A stretch of 64,000 bases of DNA, taken from positions 62,001-126,000 of IMG/VR virus record IMGVR_UViG_3300020172_006270; one strand, written 5' to 3'. The position numbers and the translations under genes are program-made. Positions within the stretch are counted from its first letter, which is position 1. Each line of letters starts with the position of its first letter. A model generated the notes under the pieces. The model was not told the origin of the DNA, did no database searches, and worked only from the letters and a program-made list of their open reading frames with translations. Of this stretch, positions 18,372-25,045 are shown one piece after another.

Positions 18372-18400
18372 CAAAAGCGTGGTGATTATACCACGCTTTT
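18372..18400 (-). terminator. terminator after tuf, overlapping a CGTGGTATAAT -10 element
   Basis: AAAAGCGTGGT-GATTAT-ACCACGCTTTT inverted repeat. Confidence 0.65.
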
Positions 18401-18408
18401 GCGTTTCT

Positions 18409-19581
18409 TTACAGCAGTTCCGTCACGACGCCTGAGCCAATCGTCATACCGCCCTCTCGGATAGCGAAATGACTGCCTTTTTCAATGGCAATCGGCTTAT
18501 CCAGGGTGATAAACAGGCAAGTGTTCTCGCCCGGCATAACCAATTCGATTCCTTCCGGCATTTCAACAAGGCCGGTGACGTTAGTGGTTCGGAAGAAGAA
18601 CTGCGGCTTATAACCGTTGAAGATCGGGGTGTGACGCCCGCCCTCATCCTTGCCCAAGACGTAAATTTCACTCTTGAACTTGGTGTGAGGTTTGATACTT
18701 CGTGGTTGTGCCACAACCTGTCCACGCTCCACCTGATCGGCTTTGATGCCTCTCAGCAGCAACCCGACGTTCTGACCAGCTTCGCCAAATTCCAATTGCT
18801 TGTTGAAGGCTTCGACGCTGGTGACAACCGATTCCAGAATGTCTCCCAGGCCCAAGATTTCAACTTTGGTTCCGACCGTGACGGTTCCTTGCTCGATCTT
18901 GCCCGTGACTACACAGCCACGACCTTCGATGTTGTGAACGCCCTCGATAGGCATCAAGAAAGGACGGTCAATAGAACGGCTGGGGTCAGGGATATAAGAA
19001 TCCAGAGCCGCCATCAGTTCTACGATGCACTTGCTTGCTGCGGGATCGGCAGGGTTATCCAGAGCGGGCTTTGCGGCCCCACGGATAAAGGGAGTCTTCT
19101 CACCATCGAAGCCATACTTCGTCAGCAAGTCTCTCGTTTCCATCTCGACCAGTTCGAGCAATTCCTTATCCTGAACCAGATCACACTTATTGAGGAACAC
19201 GACAATATCCGGCACGCCCACCTGACGAGCGAGCAGAATATGCTCTTTCGTCTGAGGCATAGGACCGTCTGCTGCATTGACGAGCAATACAGCGCCGTCC
19301 ATTTGAGCGGCCCCGGTAATCATGTTCTTCACATAGTCGGCGTGACCAGGGCAGTCGATGTGAGCATAGTGACGGGTATCCGTCTCATACTCAACGTGCG
19401 ACGTGGTGATCGTTACCGTTTTGGTAACGTCACGAACGGTGCCGCCCTTGGCGATGTCGCCGTATGCTTTCTTTTTTGCGAAACCCTTTTCGGCCTGAAC
19501 AGCGAGAATAGCTGCGGTCAGGGTCGTCTTCCCGTGGTCAATGTGACCAATCGTTCCGACATTGATGTGGACTTTCTTCAC
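18409..19581 (-). CDS. tuf: elongation factor Tu
   Basis: [54 protein letters not shown]; GTG start after AGGAG. Confidence 0.98.
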   Translation of the reverse strand: MKKVHINVGTIGHIDHGKTTLTAAILAVQAEKGFAKKKAYGDIAKGGTVRDVTKTVTITTSHVEYETDTRHYAHIDCPGHADYVKNMITGAAQMDGAVLLVNAADGPMPQTKEHILLARQVGVPDIVVFLNKCDLVQDKELLELVEMETRDLLTKYGFDGEKTPFIRGAAKPALDNPADPAASKCIVELMAALDSYIPDPSRSIDRPFLMPIEGVHNIEGRGCVVTGKIEQGTVTVGTKVEILGLGDILESVVTSVEAFNKQLEFGEAGQNVGLLLRGIKADQVERGQVVAQPRSIKPHTKFKSEIYVLGKDEGGRHTPIFNGYKPQFFFRTTNVTGLVEMPEGIELVMPGENTCLFITLDKPIAIEKGSHFAIREGGMTIGSGVVTELL

Positions 19582-19705
19582 TTTACTTTCTCCTGTGATC
19601 TTTACGATAGATCACTGTTGGAGGTTTTGATCTCTATATCCCCACTACAGAATAGTGTTTCTACTCACAACGAGTAAGAGCCAAGGCATCCAGAAATCGA
19701 AACAG

Positions 19706-19789
19706 TGCCGCTCCCCGGACTTGAACCGGGACGCCGGTAAAGGCATCAGATTTTGAGTCTGACGTGTCTGCCAATTCCACCAGAGCGGC
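19706..19789 (-). tRNA. tRNA-Leu(CAA), long variable arm
   Basis: TCAGA-CTCAAAA-TCTGA. Confidence 0.95.
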
Positions 19790-19802
19790 ATAAACAAAAC
19801 AG

Positions 19803-19877
19803 TGACGGGTGTGGGACTCGAACCCACAAAACCATGATTTTAAGTCACGGATGTCTGCCTAGTTGCATCAACCCGCC
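19803..19877 (-). tRNA. tRNA-Leu(TAA), short variable loop
   Basis: CGTGA-CTTAAAA-TCATG, variable region GTTTT. Confidence 0.88.
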
Positions 19878-19883
19878 ATACAG

Positions 19884-19960
19884 TGCCAGCGGTGGGACTC
19901 GAACCCACAAAACCCCGGCTCTCGACCGGAGATGTCTACCATAGGTTGCATCACGCTGGC
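19884..19960 (-). tRNA. tRNA-Leu(GAG), short variable loop, C33
   Basis: TCCGG-TCGAGAG-CCGGG, variable region GTTTT. Confidence 0.82.
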
Positions 19961-19992
19961 ATATAGTGCCGGATCGCTCCAGCACTAATCTC

Positions 19993-20295
19993 TTAATCCT
20001 CACCACGCAACTCTTTGAGTTGTTCGTTGTAGTCCACGTCAGACTTCAATTCGTGATTGTGCTTTGACCGCTTTGGATACTTGTCGCTATGACAGATGCC
20101 GCACTGCGGATTGCCACAATCGAAAGCGTCTTTCTTACGGAATCGACCCTTCTGTTCATCACATTCACAGTCAACAACATATGCGCTGACGCCAATGCGA
20201 TTTCTTGTCCAGGTTTTGTTGCTCTCAACGTGAGAGCGCCGGTGTTTCTTCCACTCACGCAGAGTGATCTTGTAATCCTCGTGCCACCGCTTCAT
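19993..20295 (-). CDS. small basic Cys-containing hypothetical protein
   Basis: RBS GGAGG; CGNPQCGICH. Confidence 0.75.
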   Translation of the reverse strand: MKRWHEDYKITLREWKKHRRSHVESNKTWTRNRIGVSAYVVDCECDEQKGRFRKKDAFDCGNPQCGICHSDKYPKRSKHNHELKSDVDYNEQLKELRGED

Positions 20296-20376
20296 CGTTC
20301 CCTCCATAATGGGTTTGGGTAATAGGCTCGATGAAGCCGATGATTTGCGTGTGGTGAGTGTTCATGTTTATTCTCT

Positions 20377-20829
20377 CTAGTTAAGGAAGCAACAGTCCGG
20401 GTTGGGACACCAATCTCCGAACTCTTCGGATTGGGTGTCAGAAATCAATCGTGTGTAACAGCAACGGCAATGTCCTTTGACCCACCATGCTGGGCCGAAC
20501 CATCGAAAGCCGCCACGAGTTGTTTCGTAGTAGCATCCAATTCGTTCTAGCCAATCCATAATAGTGTGGGCGATCATTCGCCGTTCAGCATCACGCCATG
20601 AGTAAGGAAATTCATGCCACTCATAGCCATGACCACTTTCTCGGTATTGATGATCTCGACCGAGATACTTCCATGATTTTTGCTTGCGAACAAACTGATC
20701 GTCCCATGCCGTGGGAAGGTTTCGTCTCTTCCCACGGACATAGGGATCATTGCGGTCTTGGTTCGCTCTTATTTCTTGTGTTGTTCTCGGATACCGAAGG
20801 CACGTCGAGAACCATCTTTTCTTTGCCAT
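20377..20829 (-). CDS. basic hypothetical protein
   Basis: RBS AGGAG; RYPRTTQE..RGKRRNLPTAWDD; C-terminal Cys cluster. Confidence 0.75.
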   Translation of the reverse strand: MAKKRWFSTCLRYPRTTQEIRANQDRNDPYVRGKRRNLPTAWDDQFVRKQKSWKYLGRDHQYRESGHGYEWHEFPYSWRDAERRMIAHTIMDWLERIGCYYETTRGGFRWFGPAWWVKGHCRCCYTRLISDTQSEEFGDWCPNPDCCFLN

Positions 20830-20858
20830 GTAGCGTTTCTCCTAAGTGCGGAATGCAC

Positions 20859-20894
20859 TTAAAAGACGCTACCCAGCCTTTCGTGAATTTTCAT
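20859..20894 (-). CDS. putative 11-aa leader peptide MKIHERLGSVF
   Basis: AGGA RBS; stop codon lies in a hairpin that sequesters the RBS of the 20829 gene. Confidence 0.5.
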   Translation of the reverse strand: MKIHERLGSVF

Positions 20895-21028
20895 ACGAGT
20901 CCTTTTACTTTGTTCTTTCAAATATGTGGACTGTCGAATCCTTGACAGTTTTACTTACCGATCATAGGCGATCCTATCGCTACCGGGGTCAGCCTCATGT
21001 TCATCCTGAACATCAGCGTCCACTTCCA

Positions 21029-21541
21029 TCAACCCGTCCAAATTTCTTCTTTTCCAGTCGGCGGGTCATTCAATCTCTTCAAAAATTTACCTGTATATTT
21101 ATGGTCTTCGGGGTTCAAACCCTTCCGCAAATACCGCACATCTGGTGTTACTTCTCGTTCCGAATACTGATATTCAATGCCCAGCCGAGTGTGTTTGATG
21201 ATTTTCTTTTCTTTATCCACCCATTCGTATTCACGAGCCTGATCGACAACTACAGTGCCTTTCATGCCTTCGATGTCGATGTCATATTCGTGCATGTTCT
21301 GGATTTCAATTTCGTCTTCTTCAACCAACGCCCAACAAGGATAGCTGTACCGTTTAGGCGGTGGGTTTTCATGGATCGGTCCACCCATCAACATTCGTCG
21401 CAAGAGAGCCGAGTGGCCAACATCAGCCGAACTTGAACCTCGTTTATTGTCTTCGCAGATATTCATCCACTGGCAAACCATCTTGCAAGCGAACTCACAC
21501 TGCTCACGAGTCAACGATGTAACTTTTTCTTCGTCCATCAT
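21029..21541 (-). CDS. hypothetical protein
   Basis: RBS GGAG; lies between tRNA blocks. Confidence 0.75.
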   Translation of the reverse strand: MMDEEKVTSLTREQCEFACKMVCQWMNICEDNKRGSSSADVGHSALLRRMLMGGPIHENPPPKRYSYPCWALVEEDEIEIQNMHEYDIDIEGMKGTVVVDQAREYEWVDKEKKIIKHTRLGIEYQYSEREVTPDVRYLRKGLNPEDHKYTGKFLKRLNDPPTGKEEIWTG

Positions 21542-21555
21542 ATTCTCCAACAAAG

Positions 21556-21632
21556 TACCCAGGACGGGACTCGAACCCGTAAAACCGATATTTTGAGTAT
21601 CGGATGTCTACCGAAGGTTGCATCACCTGGGC
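21556..21632 (-). tRNA. tRNA-Leu(CAA), short variable loop
   Basis: CGATA-CTCAAAA-TATCG, variable region GTTTT. Confidence 0.88.
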
Positions 21633-21669
21633 ATATTCTACCAAATCTCGTCTTGGCTGTACAGCCAAG

Positions 21670-21757
21670 TGGACAGCGACGGAATCGAACCGCTCCGGCA
21701 CCCACCCTACTTTTTTAATGCCAACGGATTTACAGTCCGCCGTAAGGAACGCTATCC
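21670..21757 (-). tRNA. tRNA-Tyr(GTA)-like, no D-arm, enlarged variable arm
   Basis: acceptor GGATAGC/GCTGTCC-A, GCGGA-CTGTAAA-TCCGT, GGTTCGATTCC. Confidence 0.78.
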
Positions 21758-21814
21758 ATGTTTTCCTAAAAACAGGTGTTTTCCCACATAGGAAAACATG
21801 CGTTTTTAGGAAAG

Positions 21815-21888
21815 TCGCTCCGGTGGGACTCGAACCCACAGCATCCCTGGTTCTAAGCCAAGGTGGTCTGCCAATTGCCTACAGAGCG
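21815..21888 (-). tRNA. tRNA-Leu(TAG), short variable loop
   Basis: CTTGG-CTTAGAA-CCAGG, variable region GATGC. Confidence 0.88.
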
Positions 21889-21894
21889 TTCAAG

Positions 21895-21966
21895 TGGACT
21901 GTGAGGCGCTCGAATCCTCGTCTCAGCGTTTTCAGCGCTGCGCTACACCATCTCAGCTAACAGTCC
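21895..21966 (-). tRNA. tRNA-Phe(GAA), atypical T-arm
   Basis: CAGCG-CTGAAAA-CGCTG. Confidence 0.82.
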
Positions 21967-21974
21967 ATATACAG

Positions 21975-22058
21975 TGTCCGAGGGGAGAGTCGAACTCCCA
22001 CGCCTTTTACGGCACAAGGCCCTCAACCTTGCGTGTCTACCAATTTCACCACTCGGAC
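21975..22058 (-). tRNA. tRNA-Leu(GAG), long variable arm
   Basis: CAAGG-TTGAGGG-CCTTG. Confidence 0.95.
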
Positions 22059-22070
22059 AAAACAAATCAG

Positions 22071-22145
22071 TGGGCTGTCTCAGAGTCGAACTGAGTTCTC
22101 ATGTTCTTCAGACATGCGCTGAATGACCGCACTAGCTCACAGCCC
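22071..22145 (-). tRNA. tRNA-Phe(GAA)
   Basis: CATGT-CTGAAGA-ACATG. Confidence 0.88.
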
Positions 22146-22154
22146 AATATTCAA

Positions 22155-22334
22155 TTATTCTTTTGTTGCTTCTTCAAGTTCCCTGATGCAATCTCGCAAT
22201 GATATTGTTCGTCCATGCTGGACGCCCATTGCAGTCAATGGGTTCATATCTTTTGCGACATTAGGATTCTCTTGAAATCGCTTCAATCGTTCTTTCCATT
22301 TTTGAATCAATTCTTGTATATTTGTTTCTTGCAT
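22155..22334 (-). CDS. hypothetical small protein
   Basis: RBS AAGGA, MQETNIQELI. Confidence 0.65.
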   Translation of the reverse strand: MQETNIQELIQKWKERLKRFQENPNVAKDMNPLTAMGVQHGRTISLRDCIRELEEATKE

Positions 22335-22350
22335 ATTTAATCCTTCCAAG

Positions 22351-22434
22351 TCTCCGGGGGGAGAGTCGAACTCCCACGCCTTTTACGGCACAAGATTCTG
22401 AGTCTTGCGTGTCTACCAATTCCACCACCCGGAG
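22351..22434 (-). tRNA. tRNA-Leu(CAG), long variable arm
   Basis: CAAGA-CTCAGAA-TCTTG. Confidence 0.95.
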
Positions 22435-22441
22435 ATAAAAG

Positions 22442-22530
22442 CGGAAGTCAAGGGAATTGAACCCTTACCGGATATTTCACCGGGCCTGTTTTCAAGACAG
22501 GTGCAACAAACCAATATTTGCCTAACTTCC
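22442..22530 (-). tRNA. tRNA-Ser(TGA)
   Basis: CCTGT-CTTGAAA-ACAGG, long arm, G73. Confidence 0.92.
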
Positions 22531-22555
22531 ATATTGTGTCAACAACTTTGACATA

Positions 22556-22627
22556 GAGGATACACCGGCTTCGACACCGGATATGTCCCGTTTCTAGCAG
22601 GATGAGTTACATTTCTCCATGTACTCC
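22556..22627 (-). tRNA. degenerate tRNA-like element, anticodon AGA (Ser)
   Basis: GGAGTACA/TGTATCC bulged acceptor, GAG/CTC D-stem, TCCTG-CTAGAAA-CGGGA, aberrant T-loop. Confidence 0.5.
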
Positions 22628-22646
22628 ATATCGCATTTGACACAAG

Positions 22647-22733
22647 CGGAAGCCAAGGGAATTGAACCCTCACCGGGATTAACCGGGCCTGTTTTCGAGA
22701 CAGGTGCAACAAACCAGTATTTGCCTAGCTTCC
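22647..22733 (-). tRNA. tRNA-Ser(CGA)
   Basis: CCTGT-CTCGAAA-ACAGG. Confidence 0.92.
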
Positions 22734-22746
22734 ATAAAACAACAAG

Positions 22747-22836
22747 CGGAGGACAAGGGAATCGAACCCTCACCGGGTATTTCACCGGATCGGTTTAGCA
22801 AACCGACGTAGCAACACCACCATCTACCTATCCTCC
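22747..22836 (-). tRNA. tRNA-Ser(GCT)
   Basis: TCGGT-TTGCTAA-ACCGA. Confidence 0.92.
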
Positions 22837-22842
22837 ATTCAG

Positions 22843-22931
22843 CGGAAGCCAAGGGAATTGAACCCTCACCGGATATTTCACCGGACCCGCTTTCCAGGCG
22901 AGCGCAACAAACCAGTATTTGCCTAGCTTCC
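22843..22931 (-). tRNA. tRNA-Ser(GGA)
   Basis: CTCGC-CTGGAAA-GCGGG. Confidence 0.92.
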
Positions 22932-22987
22932 GTGTAATGCACTATACTTTGAACATTAACCAGGGCTAATGTTCATTCTATCGTACA

Positions 22988-23287
22988 TTATGCTTCAACC
23001 TTCACCAACTTGCCAAAGATACAGTTCCGGCCAACCCAGCCATTGATATGGCCTTTGTTGTTGCCGATCTGGAATCGGTCGCCTTGTATTGCTTTGATTA
23101 AGTGCAGGTATTGTTTGCCTGCAACTTTGCACAATACAATGTCGCCCGTATCCAAAACGCCAGTCACCGGCTCGACAGTGCATAACTGTCCTGATTCGAT
23201 CTTCCCGACCATTGAGTTGCCTCGTGGTCGAAACGAAACCGTCTCACCTGTTTGGAGTTTCGCTATGTAACCAGTCGCCCATCCCAT
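22988..23287 (-). CDS. S24/S26 peptidase-like protein
   Basis: RPRGNSM, GDIVLC, YLHLIK. Confidence 0.75.
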   Translation of the reverse strand: MGWATGYIAKLQTGETVSFRPRGNSMVGKIESGQLCTVEPVTGVLDTGDIVLCKVAGKQYLHLIKAIQGDRFQIGNNKGHINGWVGRNCIFGKLVKVEA

Positions 23288-23301
23288 AGTAATTCTCCAA
23301 G

Positions 23302-23385
23302 TGCATCCGGCAGGAATCGAACCTGCATGTCCCGAAGGAGGCTGGGTTACAGCCAGCTAGACCCACCACACTGTCTAACGGATGC
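23302..23385 (-). tRNA. tRNA-Tyr(GTA)
   Basis: GCTGG-CTGTAAC-CCAGC, long arm, atypical D-arm. Confidence 0.9.
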
Positions 23386-23395
23386 GTATGCCAAT

Positions 23396-23448
23396 AAAAA
23401 AACCCCCGGCAACTTTTTCCATCTTCTGGAGAAAGCTGCCGGGGGTTT
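23396..23448 (-). terminator. attenuator terminator directly upstream of the tRNA array
   Basis: CCCCCGGCAGC...GUUGCCGGGGG followed by U7. Confidence 0.9.
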
Positions 23449-23471
23449 GTATTTCCCCACAATTGTCCCGT

Positions 23472-23555
23472 TTAAGTCAGGACGCAGCCTTCCCCGTCGC
23501 TAAACAAATATAGCGATGAGTAAGAGAGCGACAGACTGAGGGATAAAGTGTTCAC
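23472..23555 (-). CDS. leader peptide MNTLSLSLSLSYSSLYLFSDGEGCVLT
   Basis: GGAG-N8-GTG; codons 4-19 are all Leu/Ser/Tyr/Phe; overlaps the protector and antiterminator segments. Confidence 0.85.
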   Translation of the reverse strand: MNTLSLSLSLSYSSLYLFSDGEGCVLT

Positions 23556-23611
23556 GATGAAAACTCCAATTGTGCGTGCCAATTAAAGGCACATTTATTG
23601 TGTTGTTTCTT

Positions 23612-23640
23612 ATAGTAGTTGTGTCGAAACAAAATTTCAA
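23612..23640 (-). promoter_or_regulatory. sigma70 promoter of the leader/tRNA/tuf operon
   Basis: TTGAAA-17nt-TACTAT. Confidence 0.8.
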
Positions 23641-23841
23641 GACGGAATCCGAAATTTTTCTCAACTCGCAGGCGGGTGGTCTGATTACGGCACAGACAAC
23701 CCATAGAAGCCGACGCTTGCTTATGCTTTGGTGCAAAACATTAAAACCCGGTCGTTAGGTTGACTCCCACCCTCGTCTGATAATGAGGCAAGCCTCACAC
23801 GCTCAGACTTACAAGAAGCGTTGTCCGATCAGGACGCAGGT

Positions 23842-23870
23842 ATCATACCACGGCTTTTGCCGGTTGTAAA
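23842..23870 (-). promoter_or_regulatory. sigma70-type phage promoter
   Basis: TTTACA-17nt-TATGAT with CGTGG. Confidence 0.7.
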
Positions 23871-24178
23871 GCTGCGTCCTCAATTTTCAAAATTTGCATT
23901 CGATATTCCTCTGCCAAGAATTCGTTGTATTCAGGGCAGAAGTCATCTTCCTGATACGAGGCCCAACCAAATTCTTTGACTGCCAATTCGACAATCGTTC
24001 CGGCTGGACGAATCACCTTTCTGCCTTGCTTGAGGTCTTTTTCTGACCTTATCACAAACAGGGTCACAGTTTTTGGTTCGCCCCAATCAGGGGCGCATCC
24101 ATCTTCTGTGTCTCGTCTGGCAAATCGAGCCGAAACTTTCACGCCGTCGTATAAATCTTGAAGGTTGATCGGGTTCAT
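23843..24178 (-). CDS. hypothetical protein
   Basis: MNPINLQDL... Confidence 0.65.
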   Translation of the reverse strand: MNPINLQDLYDGVKVSARFARRDTEDGCAPDWGEPKTVTLFVIRSEKDLKQGRKVIRPAGTIVELAVKEFGWASYQEDDFCPEYNEFLAEEYRMQILKIEDAALQPAKAVV

Positions 24179-24325
24179 GGGACGATCTCTTTGTCGGTCC
24201 AGAAAACCAAGCCGTTTTTGTTGTAAAGCGTGTCCATTTTGTTTCCTCAACTACCTAGAGAGCCAAAACTGATCTAGGTTCATGGTGATTTGGAAAATTT
24301 CCGATTTCCACCACTACATAAGAGG

Positions 24326-24634
24326 ATGAATACCTTCAAGAAATTTCTCGAAACCAAATTGCATGAAGCCGCACCGCCTGCTGCTCCACCGCCACCGGGC
24401 GGGGGTGGAATCGGTGGTCCTGGCGCTTTGCCTCCCGCTGGCGGCGCTCCACCAATGGGAATGCCACCGATGGGCGGCGGTATGGGCGCACCCCCAATGG
24501 GCGGCGGTATGCCTGGCGCTCCAACAGGTGGAACGGCACCCCAGAAACTCAAAGCATACAACGTCTGGGACGTTTTGGAAAGAGTTCTCAGCGGCGACGG
24601 GCAGGAACAAGAAAAGCCCGATAAGCAAAGCTGA
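24326..24634 (+). CDS. Pro/Gly/Met-rich protein, possible internal head protein
   Basis: MNTFKKFLE..LHE N-terminus; PPMGG repeats. Confidence 0.75.
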   Translation: MNTFKKFLETKLHEAAPPAAPPPPGGGGIGGPGALPPAGGAPPMGMPPMGGGMGAPPMGGGMPGAPTGGTAPQKLKAYNVWDVLERVLSGDGQEQEKPDKQS

Positions 24635-24763
24635 TCTCTCCTCTCTTTCTCGTCAATTTACTTTTATGTGTATCAAGTTTGCTTTATAGACGACTCTTTA
24701 ACGAGTCGTCTATTTTTTTATCTTGTCTTGATTGAATGCACTGGTTTATGCACAATACGCCCC

Positions 24764-25045
24764 ATGAAAACCAGTATCGTACACTGTGTTCGTGATGAGT
24801 ACGACGTTTATATCGGGCGACCTTCAATCTGGGGCAATCCTTTCAGTCACAAGCCAAGTTGCTTGGCCGAGATAAAAGTTGCAACCCGCTATGAAGCCAT
24901 CGACAAATATCGGGAATGGATAAAGACCCAACCGGATTTGATGGCTGCTCTTGAAGACCTGCGTGGCAAACGTCTGGGCTGCTGGTGTCGGCCTAAACTC
25001 TGTCATGGTGATGTCCTACTCGAACTGCTTGGAGAATCGGCATGA
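24764..25045 (+). CDS. DUF4326-like protein
   Basis: YDVYIGRPSIWGNPF, LRGKRLGCWCRP..CHGDVL. Confidence 0.88.
   Translation: MKTSIVHCVRDEYDVYIGRPSIWGNPFSHKPSCLAEIKVATRYEAIDKYREWIKTQPDLMAALEDLRGKRLGCWCRPKLCHGDVLLELLGESA

Noticed and set aside
18469-19677. 402-aa plus-strand ORF
   Set aside because: Antisense shadow of tuf with no recognisable motifs.
20926-21023. Hammerhead ribozyme (CUGAUG present)
   Set aside because: No CUGAnGA/GAAA core in the right helical context.
21762-21813. Long hairpin between two tRNAs
   Set aside because: No tRNA features; probably a spacer or processing structure.
22442-22931. CRISPR-like repeats
   Set aside because: The repeats are duplicated tRNA-Ser bodies. 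No CRISPR array was seen in the window.
23500-23736. 78-aa minus ORF (or its GTG-started 30-aa tail) as the leader peptide
   Set aside because: It starts upstream of the promoter or lacks an RBS. The frame at 23555 has an RBS and codons matching the array.
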